A stretch of 64,000 bases of DNA, taken from assembly GCF_006345805.1 (NCBI RefSeq), contig NC_043001.1, positions 372,001 through 436,000 of the forward strand. Direction: 5' to 3'. The position numbers were made by a program, and so were the translations under genes. Positions 40,196 to 53,937 of this stretch are shown here, piece after piece. The notes under the pieces are model-generated. The model did no database searches. It was not told the DNA's origin and saw only the letters and a list, made by a program, of their open reading frames with translations. This DNA is from Octopus sinensis. Its lineage: Eukaryota. Within the stretch, counting starts at the first letter, position 1. Each line of letters opens with the position of its first letter.

Positions 40196-40455
40196 CTCCC
40201 TAAATGCCTGAGAGACTTACATGGTGTGGATGTGGGTTTCTTTAAAACTAAACTGGATCTCTTCTTGTTGGGAGTCCCAGATGAACCTACCTCATGACAG
40301 GTGACGCGGATGCGGGCAGCAGCATCGAACTCCCTTGTTGATCAAGTCCCATGTATCAGAGGTGGATTCACAAATTAGTGTAGCTCATTCAGCGGTGGTG
40401 CCCCAGCATGGCCGTGGCCTTCGGGCTAAAACATTTTAAAAGTATTTTAAGGATA
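40192..40455 (+). mobile_element. LINE family B-prime 3' fragment
   Basis: Near-identical to 44650-44908. Confidence 0.88.
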
Positions 40456-40457
40456 TA

Positions 40458-40556
<99 letters not shown>

Positions 40557-40565
40557 ATGTATATA

Positions 40566-40598
<33 letters not shown>

Positions 40599-40611
40599 AT
40601 ACATATATATG

Positions 40612-40656
40612 TATGGCCACAGCTCGTGAGCTGAAACTAGAATCAATCAATCAATC
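40612..40656 (+). mobile_element. Minimal (about 45-bp) LINE family B 3' end
   Basis: atggccacagctcgtgagctgaaactagaatcaatcaatcaatca between TA arrays. Confidence 0.85.
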
Positions 40657-40699
40657 ATATATATATATATATGTATATATATATATGTATATATATGTA

Positions 40700-40732
<33 letters not shown>

Positions 40733-40745
40733 ATATATATATGTA

Positions 40746-40790
<45 letters not shown>

Positions 40791-40798
40791 ATATATAT

Positions 40799-41590
40799 AC
40801 TTTGATACTTTGATACTTTGATAGGTTTCGGCCATTATTGGCCCAGGCCATGTCTAACTTAATAGCACCACCTGGTGAAGTCTTTCAAGTCAGAATTTGG
40901 GCACTATGGCCCACTCAAGTAGAGAGTTATTGTTTACAGAGACATATCCGGGTGTAGGGGGTTTATCCGGGATTTCTTGAAGGAATCTGTCCAAAGACTT
41001 CTTGAACCCTATAGGGTCAGTTTCTGTTTTAATGTGTTTTGGTGTAATGTTAAAGAGAGCGGGGCCAATTGAGGTGAAATAATTGTGCCGTATTGTGGTT
41101 ATGAGATGAGAGTGCGATTTTTGTTTTGGGCGGATGGCACGGGGCCCAAGCCTTGGATGTACCTTAAAGGTGATGCCAACATCATTTGGGCAATGCTGAT
41201 GGAATATTTTCCACATCATGCAGATGATGTAGCGCTCACGACGACGTTGGAGAGAATAGAGTTTTAGCTTTTCTAGTCGACCCCAATAGTCGAGGCCTGT
41301 CATGCCATCTATCTTTTTTGTGATTGCCCTTTGAGGTGCTTCAACTTTTATGATACCTTGTATTGTGTGGGGAGACCACAGTGGACAACAGTATTCAAGG
41401 TGGGTTCGGGCAAAAGTGGAGAAGAGAAGGATAATGGTGTGGATATCTCTCGACTGGAAAGTTCTGAGAATCCAGGAACACATTCTGCGGGCCATGTCAA
41501 CTTTGGTGTTTATATGAGTGGCCCAGCTTATGTTGTTGTCCACAATTACTCCCAAGTCTCTGATGTTGTTGGACACCGCAAGAGTTTCAC
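40799..41590 (-). mobile_element. LINE family A 3' fragment
   Basis: Near-identical to 6801-7590. Confidence 0.95.
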
Positions 41591-41599
41591 ATATATATA

Positions 41600-41632
<33 letters not shown>

Positions 41633-41869
41633 ATATGTATATATATATGTATATATGTATATATATATATATGTATATATGTATATATGTATATATATAT
41701 ACATGTATATATGTATATATGTATATATATATACATGTATATATGTATATATATGTATATATATATATGTATATATATATATGTATATATATATGTATAT
41801 ATATATATGTATATATATGTATATATATATGTATATACATATATGTATATATATGTATATATATATATG

Positions 41870-41902
<33 letters not shown>

Positions 41903-41917
41903 GTATATATATGTGTG

Positions 41918-41976
<59 letters not shown>

Positions 41977-42079
41977 GTGTATATATATGTATGTATATAT
42001 ATATGTGTGTATATATGATGATGATGATATGTATGTATATATATGTGTGTGTATATATATATGTATGTATATATATATG

Positions 42080-42345
42080 TGTGTTGTGTTCTTGAGCAAA
42101 GCACTTTATTTCACGTTGCTCCAGTTCACTCAGCTGTAGAAATGAGTTGCGACGTCACTGGTGCCAAGCTGTATCGACCTTTGTCTTTCCCTTGGATAAC
42201 ACTGGTGGCGTGGAGAGGGGAGGCTGGTATGCATGGGCGACTGCTGGTCTTCCATAAACAACCTTGCCCGGACTTGTGTCTAGGAGGGTAACTTTCTAGG
42301 TGCAATCCCATGGTCATTCATGACCGAATGGGGTCTTTACTTTAC
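42080..42345 (+). mobile_element. 5'-truncated SINE with (TTTAC)n tail
   Basis: gttgtgttcttgagcaaagcacttt..ccagttcactcagctg core-like domain; short tandem tail; TA-flanked. Confidence 0.65.
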
Positions 42346-42526
42346 GTATATATATATGTATATATATATATGTATATATATATATATGTATATATGTATA
42401 TGTATATATTTATATATATATATGTATGTAGATATATATGTATGTATATATATATATATGTATATATATATGTATATATATATATGTATATATATGTATA
42501 TATATATATGTATATATATGTATATA

Positions 42527-42565
<39 letters not shown>

Positions 42566-42803
42566 GTATATATATATATGTATATATTATGTGAAATAGA
42601 AAGATGAATAATCTTGTAGTAGATTAATCAAAAGTTTAACCGATACCTTAGTAGCAAAAATCACAGCAGTGAACAGCACGGTTGGAGGTACAACCATCTG
42701 GCGTTGCAACCGTGCGTTGGTGCGGATAATTGAAATTAAAACATTATTGGTGAATTGAAGAAATGGAGCTGAACGCAGATTGAACAGAAATCGTTTTATT
42801 TCA

Positions 42804-42883
42804 TTCTACACGTGTTTCGAAAGGCACAAATTACCAAAATCTGATTGAATAATGGGACCATATTGTGTCTTTCTCTTCAGGAA
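42804..42883 (-). ncRNA. Type I hammerhead ribozyme (mirror copy)
   Basis: Reverse complement of 43057-43135. Confidence 0.78.
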
Positions 42884-43056
42884 GAAAAAAGGAAATCCGT
42901 TGGAAAAACAAAAACAGAACAGAGGCAGAGCAAAAAACAAATCGAACTGTGCTCCTAGGAGCACAGTTTCGCCATGGGCTCTTAGGAGCACAGTTCGATT
43001 TGTTTTTTGCTCTGCCTCTGTTCTGTTTTTGTTTTTCCAACGGATTTCCTTTTTTC

Positions 43057-43135
43057 TTCCTGAAGAGAAAGACACAATATGGTCCATTATTCAATCAGAT
43101 TTTGGTAATTTGTGCCTTTCGAAACACGTGTAGAA
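43057..43135 (+). ncRNA. Type I hammerhead ribozyme
   Basis: ttc CTGAAGA gaaag-acacaa...ttgtg-c-ctttc GAAAC acgt GTA gaa; palindromic stem III ACACGTGT. Confidence 0.8.
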
Positions 43136-43394
43136 TGAAATAAAACGATTTCTGTTCAATCTGCGTTCAGCTCCATTTCTTCAATTCACCAATAATGTTT
43201 TATATATGTATATATATATATGTATATATATGTATATATATGTATATGTATATATATGTATGCATATATATGTATATATATATATGTATATATATATATG
43301 TATATATATATATGTATATATGTATGTATATATATATATGTATATATGTATGTATATATATATATATATGTATGTATATATGTGTATATGTGGG

Positions 43395-44910
43395 GTAATA
43401 TGCCCTATCCATAAGGGAGGTAGCAGAGCAGATGCTAAAAATTATAGGCCTATCTCTCTGACCTCACACATCAGCAAAGTCATGGAATGAATAGTCCGTA
43501 AGAAACTAATCATGTTCCTTGAAGAAAATGACTTGCTGTCTGACACCCAGCATGGATTTCGACCAGGTAGAGGCTGCCTAACACAGCTCCTGCAACACTA
43601 TGACTGGGTGTTGAAACAGCTACTAAATGGCTCAAATGTGGATGTAATATATCTCGACTTTGCAAAAGCCTTTGATAAAGTCGACCATGGTATGATCTGT
43701 CACAAACTGCGTGGTCTCGGCATAGGCGGGAAACTTGGAGAGTCACTGCACAACTTCCTAAAAGACAGAAAACAGGCAGTTGTGAGCAATGGAGCCACCT
43801 CCAAGGAAACGCAAATAACAAGCGGTGTCCCACAGGGCACTGTCTTGGGGCCACTGATGTTCATAGTGGCCCTTTCAGACATGCCTTCAGTTGCTACGAT
43901 GACCACCCTTGCTAGCTATGCAGATGACACAAAAGTCTCCCACGCAATACAAAACCCTGAAAATATTGCGCATCTGCAACATGAGCTGGACACAATATAC
44001 AGGTGGGCTGAGGACAACAACATGCAGTTTAATGCAGGTAAGTTCCAGGCCCTGCGCTACTGGCACACAAAGGTAAATGACGTGAAGACTGGATACACTG
44101 GCCCAGGAAGAATTGCAATCCCTGAGTCAAAATCAGTGCGTGACCTGGGCATTGACATGAGCAATGATGCATCTTTCCAAATGCATATTGCTAATCTGGT
44201 GATAAAATGCAGACGGCTAGCTGGATGGATTCTCCGAACTTTCAGAACAAGAGAGAAGGAGACACTGATGGTCCTATGGAAAACATTCGTCCTCAGCCGC
44301 TTGGACTACTGCTCCCAACTTTGGTCACCACACAATATAAAACTAACAACAGAACTCGAAGCAATTCAGAGAAGCTACGCAAAGAAAATCGTCTCAATGC
44401 AAAATATCAGCTACTGGGAAAGACTGAAGGTATTAAACCTCTTCTCCCTAGAGTGGAGGCGGGAGAGATATGCGGTGATATACATCTGGAAAATCCTGGA
44501 GGGTCTTGTCCCAAACTTTGGCATTCAAAGTTACTCCAACCGCAGAACGGGGCGCCACTGCATGGTGCCAAGGATTCCAACATCACCATCAAAATACAGG
44601 TCCAGATACTGCAACAGCTTGGGTTTCAGAGGACCACAGCTCTTTAACATCCTCTCTTAATGCCTGAGAGACTTACATGGTGTGGATGTGGGTTTCTTTA
44701 AAACTAAACTGGATCTCTTCTTGTCGGGAGTCCCAGATGAGCCTACCTCACGACAGGAGACGCGGATGCGGGCAGCAGCATCGAACTCCCTTGTTGATCA
44801 AGTGCCACGTATCAGAGGTGGATTCACAAATTAGTGTAGCTCATTCAGCAGTGGTGCCCCAGCATGGCCGCGGCCTTCGGGCTAAAACATTTTTAAGGAT
44901 TTAAGGATTT
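43395..44910 (+). mobile_element. CR1-group LINE family B-prime, 5'-truncated, (TTTAAGGA)n tail
   Basis: ORF 43512-44660 with RT motifs YLDFAKAFD and YADDTK. Confidence 0.93.
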
Positions 44911-44927
44911 ATATATATATATATATG

Positions 44928-44970
<43 letters not shown>

Positions 44971-45111
44971 ATATATATATATATGTATGTATGTATATAT
45001 ATATATAGATATATGTGTGTATATATATAGATATATGTATGTATATATATATATATAAGTATATATATATATGTATGCATATATATATGTATGTATATAT
45101 ATATATATAAG

Positions 45112-45145
<34 letters not shown>

Positions 45146-45383
45146 TATGTATGTATATATATATATATGTATATATATATGTATGTATGTATATATATAT
45201 ATATATATGTATGTATATATATATATATAGGTACGTTACTGCTACTAGTACAAACTCTACAACTACCAACCAAGGCAACAACAGCCACGGGATAACAACG
45301 ATTAGCAGCAGCACTCCTACCACTACAACATCTACTACCACCACCACAACGTCGTCTACGACAAGTACATATATGTATATATA

Positions 45384-47912
45384 AACTTAGATATGTTTTG
45401 ACCAATGATTGGTCCAGGCCATGTCTAACTTAATAGCACCACCTGATAGGATTATTTGAATCCTGTTTAAGTCAAGTTTTGTTTATAGTCCATTCAAGTA
45501 GTGAGTTTTTGTTGGGTGAGTTGTATCCAATTATGGGTAGCTTATCTGGTATTCCTTGAAGGAATCTATCCAGACTCTATTTAAAGTTGATGGGATCCTT
45601 TTCCTTTTTGATCTCTTTCGGGACAATGTTAAATAGAGAAGGGCCTGTTGAGGAAAAGAAATTATGTTGTAGTGTACATGTTTGCTGTGATCTTGAATTG
45701 GGCAGGGGACGTATGTCCCGTGGTCCCAGTCTTGGATAAACCTTGAAGCTAATGTTCAGGTCGTTTGGGCAAAGTTGGCAGTATATTCTCTACATCGTAC
45801 AAATGATGTACCGCTCACGGCGACGCTGGAGAGAGTGGAGTTTCAAGGCTTTAAGGCGATCGCAATAATCGAGAGCAGCCATGCCTTCAATTCGTTTAGT
45901 GAGTGCTCTCTGGGGTGATTCTATCCTCGAGATGTTTTGTCTTGTATGGGGAGACCACATTGGGCAGCAGTAGTTAGTTAGTTAGTTAGTTAGTTAATTT
46001 GGCTCAAAAGCAAATAGCAAGGCCATGTAGGGGGCCATGGAGTTAAGTACAGGGTGGTGTTCATGTAAAGAGTTCAGGCCACTTGAGGTCCAGGGAGGCT
46101 TTGAACAAAGCGGTCGTCGGCATCTTCACCATCTCGTCTGGCAGCTTGTTCCACGGATCCGCAACCCGGACGGAGAAAGCTCCTCTCCTTTGATTGAGAT
46201 GAAATCGTCGCAGGTAGAGCTTTTCGGAATGACCCCGCAGCCGACGCTCCAGAGCAGGAGTGAAGAACAGCTCTTTCGAGAGGTTACACTTCCCGCTTAT
46301 GATGTTGTGGGCGAGAATGAGATCTCCACGGCGGTGGCGTTTTTCAAGAGAATAAAGGTCGAGCGTCCTCAGCCTTTCTTCGTAGGACAAATTTTTGAGA
46401 CCATGAACCATGCGGGTAGCCAGCCTCTGGACTCTTTCGAGATGCTGTATGTCTTTGAGGAGATAAGGAGAAGAGGCTTGAATCCCATACTCCAATATGG
46501 GTCTCACCAGCGTGACATAGAGTGGTAGGAATATGGCTGCTGTGAGCATTCCGAATGACCGTCGAATCAAAAACAGAATTCCGCGCGCTTTGTTGGCAGC
46601 ATGGATGCACTGGGCCGAAGGCGAAAAGGAGGAATCCACCAAGATACCCAGGTCCTTTACCTGATCGGTCCTCTCCAGCAGCAGACGACCCGGCTCGAAA
46701 TCAAGTTGAGTTGCAGGAGTAGAGCCGACAGGCAGATGACAGCACTTTGACACGTTCAGACACAGGTCCCAATCGTTAGACCACTTCCAAATTTGGTGGA
46801 GGCTTCGACGAAGATCCTCTGTACTACCGTGAGGAGCGACCAGTTTGATATCGTCGGCAAATAGAAGGGTGTGTTGCGTGAGGTCGTCGGGCAAGTCATT
46901 TATGAAGACTAAGAACAACAAGGGCCCAAGCACTGAACCTTGAGGCACGCCACTGCTCGCACTGGAGACGTCGGACCGCAAACCATTAACTTGAACTTGG
47001 AAGGAGCGATCTGAGAGGAAGGCACCAACCCATCGTACAATATCCGGATGGAAACTATATGCTTGAAGCTTGACAAGTAGTAGGCGGTGGTTTACCGAGT
47101 CAAAAGTATTCGAGGTGTGGCCGTACAAAGGAGGAGAAAAGTGGTATGATGACACCTTGTTCTCTGGACCGGAAAGTTCTTAAGATCCAGGAACTCATCC
47201 TACGAGCTATATCGACCTTCTTGTTGATGTGTGCACTCCAACTCAGATCGTCATCAACAATTACACCCAGGTCTCTGATATTGTTAGAGGCTGTGAGTGG
47301 CTCCCCTGAAGGAAGAGTGTATGGTTGTTTTAGTGAGGAATTTCTTCCAAAATGCATCAGCTCAAATTTTCCCTCATTCAGTTGCATTTTGTTTCTGTCT
47401 GTCCATTGACTCACAGCATATAGATCAGACTGGAGTTGAGTTCGGTCTGCTTCTTCATTGACGATTTGCTGGAGCTTAGTGTCATTAGCAAATATTTTCA
47501 CTTTGCAGTAATGTACGACACTGGAAAGGTCGTTTATGTAGATTATGAAGAGTAGCGGACCCAAGACAGTCCCCTGGGGGACACCGCTGGTGACTTTTGC
47601 TGGGCTTGAGTGGACTCCATCAACTACAACATGTTGTGTTCTATTCGCCAGGAAATACTTGATCCAGTGTAGAACTTTTCCACGGATTCCAACATTTGCC
47701 AATTTTGAGAGTAGGATATTATGGTCTACCCTGTCGAACGCTTTGCTGAAGTCAAGGTATATGACATCAGAGTTCGAACCTGTTCCCAAGGCTTTGAGTA
47801 CATCTTCAATGTGGTGTAAGAGCTGTGTTAGACAGTCCCTGCCACAACGAAAGCCATGCTGATTTGCATTTAGAAGTTTGTGGGTCTCCAGGAAATCAGC
47901 TATCCTTGATCT
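45384..47912 (-). mobile_element. CR1-group LINE (family A-related), interrupted by a family C copy
   Basis: ORF 47100-48011 ends at PHLEY and resumes as CCPMWSP at 45970; 3'UTR gttagacatggcctggacc. Confidence 0.9.
45973..47104 (-). mobile_element. CR1-group LINE family C, nested insertion, (ACTA)n tail, TSD AGTA
   Basis: GVPQGSVLGP, FADDIK, LRGHSEKL; agta at 45969-45972 and 47105-47108. Confidence 0.92.
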
Positions 47913-48122
47913 TATATATATGTATATATATATATAAAATAAATAAAATAAATATAAGAGAGTGGTCACTATATTGATCACTCTAGCACCAGTTAATCCA
48001 AAAGGTTTCAACCACTTGGGGCATTTGAATTATAACGTCGGATGTAATCAATTGAACCACACGCGTATTTATCGTTATGGTAAAATCTGGCGTGTGATTG
48101 AGTGGATTTCATCCAGATAGTC

Positions 48123-48198
48123 TTGGCTGACGAGCTACAAATGGATTATTGTAAGTAATATTACATTTAATTCATTAATAGCGAAACAATTGTCCCAA
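48123..48198 (+). ncRNA. Type I hammerhead ribozyme, copy 1 (predicted cut after C48194)
   Basis: ttgg CTGACGA gcta[extended stem II]tagc GAAAC aatt GTC ccaa; all core nucleotides canonical. Confidence 0.9.
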
Positions 48199-48655
48199 AA
48201 TAATCTGTATTTTTGTTATTTTTTATTTGCCCTGTCCGTGTGAGCTAACAGTCGTACTTGGCTTTCATGGGAAACATGTATTTTCGTGGTTGAAACCTTT
48301 TGGATTAACTGGTGCTAGAGTGATCAATATAGTGACCACTCTCTTATATTTATTTTGTGAAAATATTATAATATGTTATAAAATATTATAATAATCCAGG
48401 TTTCTCGTAGCACTAGGCCACTTGGTGTGGAATAAATATACTATTAAATTAGTATCTAATTCTCTCACCCTTATTAATTAATTATAATTATGCTGCATTT
48501 ATTTCTAAATGCTGTATTTGTTTCCGTGAGAGTTTGGCGCGCTGTTGGTTGGGGCATTTGAATTATAACGTCGGATGTAATCAATTGAACCACACGCGTA
48601 TTTATCGTTATGGTAAAATCTGGCGTGTGATTGAGTGGATTTCATCCAGATAGTC

Positions 48656-48731
48656 TTGGCTGACGAGCTACAAATGGATTATTGTAAGTAATATTACATT
48701 TAATTCATTAATAGCGAAACAATTGTCCCAA
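48656..48731 (+). ncRNA. Type I hammerhead ribozyme, copy 2 (predicted cut after C48727)
   Basis: Identical to copy 1, 533 nt downstream. Confidence 0.9.
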
Positions 48732-49032
48732 AATAATCTGTATTTTTGTTATTTTTTATTTGCCCTGTCCGTGTGAGCTAACAGTCGTACTTGGCTTTCA
48801 TGGGAAACATGTATTTTCGTGGTTGAAACCTTTTGGATTAACTGGTGCTAGAGTGATCAATATAGTGACCACTCTCTTATATTTATTTTGTGAAAATATT
48901 ATAATATGTTATAAAATATTATAATAATCCAGGTTTCTCGTAGCACTAGGCCACTTGGTGTGGAATAAATATACTATTAAATTAGTATCTAATTCTCTCA
49001 CCCTTATTAATTAATTATATATATATATATAT

Positions 49033-49250
49033 ATATCTATAAAAATAATATGTTACAATTACTCAATAGTCAAGATAAAACTCTGAGTTTCAGATGCCGA
49101 AGTGGAAATCCACAACACCAATTCGGCATCTGAAACTCAGAGTTTTATCTTGACTATTGAGTAATTGTAACATATTATTTTATAGATAAATTTCCTCTAT
49201 TTACATAATATTGAGGTCTCTTTCTTTCTTTTGTTATCTTACCATTTTCA

Positions 49251-49253
<3 letters not shown>
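49033..49253 (+). mobile_element. PLE-like 3' fragment with a 156-bp palindrome centred on an HHR stem II
   Basis: 49033-49101 is the reverse complement of 49122-49188; agatgccgaa..ttcggcatct GAAAC tcaga GTT. Confidence 0.75.
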
Positions 49254-49315
<62 letters not shown>

Positions 49316-49356
49316 GTATACATATATTGGTATGTGTATATACATATATATGTATG

Positions 49357-49396
<40 letters not shown>

Positions 49397-49477
49397 GGTA
49401 TGTATATATATATGTATATATATATGTGTGTGTGTATGTATGTATATATGTATGTATGTATACATGTATGTAGGTAT

Positions 49478-50084
49478 ACTTTGATACTTTGATACTTTGA
49501 TAGGTTTCGGCCATTATTGGCCCAGGCCATGTCTAACTTAATAGCACCACCTGGTGAAGTCTTTCAAGTCAGAATTTGGGCACTATGGCCCACTCAAGTA
49601 GAGAGTTATTGTTTACAGAGACATATCCGGGTGTAGGGGGTTTATCCGGGATTTCTTGAAGGAATCTGTCCAAAGACTTCTTGAACCCTATAGGGTCAGT
49701 TTCTGTTTTAATGTGTTTTGGTGTAATGTTAAAGAGAGCGGGGCCAATTGAGGTGAAATAATTGTGCCGTATTGTTGTTATGAGATGAGAGTGCGATTTT
49801 TGTTTTGGGCGGATGGCACGGGGCCCAAGCCTTGGATGTACCTTAAAGGTGATGCCAACATCATTTGGGCAATGCTGATGGAATATTTTCCACATCATGC
49901 AGATGATGTAGCGCTCACGACGACGTTGGAGAGAATAGAGTTTTAGCTTTTCTAGTCGACCCCAATAGTCGAGGCCTGTCATGCCATCTATCTTTTTTGT
50001 GATTGCCCTTTGAGGTGCTTCAACTTTTATGATACCTTGTATTGTGTGGGGAGACCACAGTGGACAACAGTATTCAAGGTGGGG
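49478..50084 (-). mobile_element. LINE family A 3' fragment
   Basis: Near-identical to 6801-7405. Confidence 0.95.
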
Positions 50085-50088
50085 TATA

Positions 50089-50119
<31 letters not shown>

Positions 50120-50124
50120 GCATC

Positions 50125-50186
<62 letters not shown>

Positions 50187-50231
50187 TCTATATATACATA
50201 TATATATATATATACACATATATATAGATGC

Positions 50232-50886
<655 letters not shown>

Positions 50887-50888
50887 AT

Positions 50889-53534
50889 ATGATTGATTGA
50901 TTGATTGATTCTAGTTTCAGCTTATGAGCTGTGGCCATGCTGGGGCACCGCCATTTGGTGTTGCTACTTGGTTTCACTTCATGGAGGCTTTCTAGCAACT
51001 GCTATTTGGTGCATGAGAGAGTTCGATGCAGCTGCCCTCATCTGCCCCTCCTGCCATGAAGTTGGTTCATCTGGGACACCTGACAGGAAGAGATCCAGCT
51101 TCATTTTAAAGACATCTGTATCCACCCCATGCAGGTCTCTCAGGTTCTTCGGGAGGATATTGAAGAGCTGTGGGCCTCGGAAGCCCAGGCTATCACAGAA
51201 TCTTGTCCTACATCTTGATGGCAAGTTTGGAGTCCTAGGCACCACACAGTGGCGCCCAGTTCTGGCATTTGCGTAACTCTCGATGCCAAAGTTCAGGACA
51301 CTTCCCTCCAGGATCTTCCAGATGTATATTATGGCATATCTTTCCCGCCTACGCTCCAGGGAATAGAGCTTTAATCTCTTGAGTCTTTCCCAGTAGCTTA
51401 CATTCTGCATAGAGGCTATCTTCTTCGTGTAGCTTCATTGGATCGCCTCAAGTTCTGTGATCAACTTGACACTGGATGGTGACCATAGCTGAGAGCAATA
51501 GTCAAAGTGGCTTAGGACAAGTGTCTTCCAGAGGACCATCATGGTTTCTTGTTCTCTTGTTCTAAAGGTTCTAAGAATCCATCCAGCCAGCCGTCTGCAT
51601 TTCATAGTCAGTTTAGCAACATGTACATGAAAGGTCACGTCATCACTCATGTGAATACCCAGGTCACGCACTGATTGTGCCTCTGGGATTGCAATCCCTC
51701 CGGGTCCAGTGTATTCATTGGGTGTTGCATTCAGTTTTGCATGCTGATAGTATAAAGCTTGAAACTTTTCAGCATTGAACTGCATGCTATTCTTTTCAGC
51801 CCACTTGTATATTTCGTCCAGCTCATATTGCAGGTGCTTAGTGTCTTCAGGGTTCTGTATTGCCTGTGAAACTTTTGTATCATCTGCATAACTTGTGATC
51901 GTGGCTCTCCGCGTGGCTGAGGGCATGTCTGAGAGGGCCATTATGAACAGTAGTGGTCCCAAAACAGTGCCCTGTGGAACACCGCTCACTATTTGCGTGC
52001 TAATGGAAGTGGCCCCATTGGCTGCTACCACCTGACTTCTATTCTTCAGAAAGTCGTGAAGCCATTCTCCTAGTTTTCCAACTATGCCAAGATCACGCAG
52101 TTTGTGACATATCATTCCATGATCGACTTTATCGAAGGCCTTTGCGAAGTCGAGATATATGACTTCCACATTTGAGTGGTTGAGCAGTTGTTTCAGCACC
52201 CAGTCATAGTGCTGCAGGAGCTGAGTTAAGCAGCTTCTTCCTGGTCGGAAACCATGTTGGGTGTCAGGCAGCAAGTCATTTTCTTCAAGGAAGGTGATTA
52301 GTTTCCTTCTGACTATTCGTTCCATGACCTTGCTGATGTGTGAGGTCAGAGAGATAGGTCTGTAGTTCTTGGCCTCCGCTCTGCTACCTCCTTTATGAAT
52401 AGGGCATATTTTACCTTCCTTCAGTTTTCTTGGAAGTTTGCCAGCTGCAAGGAAGCTCTGAAAGAGGAACTGCAGTGGTCTTGCTAGGACTCTCTTACAT
52501 ACGCTCCATGTCCCCCTACATGGTTTTGCTATTTGCTTTTGAGCCAAATTAACTAACTAACTAACTAACATACTTTTAGGAGGATTGCCGGGAATCCATC
52601 GGGGCCAATAGCTGAGTCTATTTTCATTTCATCTATAGCCTTTCATCATCTTCCTTTATATCGATGTAATTTATCATCGCCGCCTCTGATTCTATATCTG
52701 CAGTGGTAAAGAAGTCAGTTGGATTGCTGATTTGGAAATGCCCAAGGGGTGGAGTGAAAACACTCTTGAATTGTTCATTCAGTATTTCACTTACCCTCAT
52801 TGGTTTTCCTGTGAGTGTGCCATCCTTTTCAAGGAGTGGCCCTATCCTACAGTGCACCGTAGCTGGTTCTTTGGCATACCTGTAGAAAGCTCTGGGGTTA
52901 GTTTTTATGTTGTCTATAGCCCAGGCTTCTTTGTCTGCTCTTTCCTTCTCATGGGAGAGTTGCAGACAAGTTTCAATTTCCAACAGTTTTATTTTCAGGC
53001 GGGACTTTTCACTAATTTCAATTTGTTTGTTTAGGCGATTTGAAATTTTTGTACGCCGTCTCATTAAAATTTTCCTCTCTCTGGGGATATTGTTCTTGTG
53101 TACAGTGGCCTTTCTCTCTGGGACACATTTGTAGCATATGGCTTGCATTACAGACATGAATTGTTGAAGTATCATGTCGATGTCCGGCGAGGAGAGACAT
53201 TCAGGCCAGTTTTGTTTGAGGATCTCTTTCTCAATTTGTTTCCAGTTTGCCTTATTGAAGTTCAAGCTGGAAAGATTCTGAGGGTTTCTTGTAGGCTGCA
53301 TGTCCGTGCTCTCTTTTGGCCCGTACATGGTCAGCTCTACCATGTTGTGATCCGAGAGTAGTGTCGGTGTCACTTTCACATTATGGATGAGATCCATATT
53401 ATTTGTGAAGCAGAGATCCAGTGTGTTACCTGCTCTGGTTGGTTGGAGTATTACTTGCTCCATGTACAGGGTGTTGATGAGGTTCAGGAGGGACCTCGCC
53501 TGTCCTCGTTCACATCTTGTCATTCCTGGGAGAG

Positions 53535-53537
<3 letters not shown>
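50889..53537 (-). mobile_element. CR1-group LINE family B (end of APE + RT), (ATCA)n tail
   Basis: ORFs 52633-53523 (NTLDLCF, SDHNMV), 51435-52547 and 50979-51410. Confidence 0.94.
52503..52567 (+). mobile_element. 65-bp LINE family C 3' end nested in family B, TSD ACATAC
   Basis: acatac at 52497-52502 and 52568-52573; the empty site cttacatacttttagg is seen at about 11711. Confidence 0.9.
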
Positions 53538-53574
<37 letters not shown>

Positions 53575-53675
53575 AATTATTATTTGAGGGAATAAAATCC
53601 AAACTTACAAGGAAAAAGAATTTAATTTAGAAATACTAAATCAAATTCCACACAATATAATATATAGAAAAAAAA

Positions 53676-53876
53676 CACCTTTTATCAATTCAACATGAAT
53701 TACACCATCTAGAAAATTACATATAATAGAAAAGTTAAAATTAAAATAACAATAAAAAGTAAAGATTAAGTAAATTACAAAAATAATATAATGTATATAA
53801 TAATATATATATATACACATAGATACATATATATATAGACATATATATATATACACATACATATATATACACATAG

Positions 53877-53937
<61 letters not shown>

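Larger units (their letters stand above)
42590..43202. mobile_element. PLE-like terminal element with a near-perfect 466-bp palindrome (42737-43202)
   Basis: Arms of about 220 bp are reverse complements; each carries an HHR; TA-flanked. Confidence 0.85.
47945..49019 (+). mobile_element. Non-autonomous PLE/retrozyme-like element: 71-bp inverted head + two 471-bp direct repeats (period 533)
   Basis: 48016-48486 = 48549-49019 with a 62-bp spacer; 47945-48015 is the reverse complement of 48286-48356; one HHR per repeat; no ORF; TA-flanked. Confidence 0.88.

Noticed and set aside
42806-43143. Mirror-image ORFs on both strands
   Set aside because: Consequence of the palindrome; no protein-like composition.
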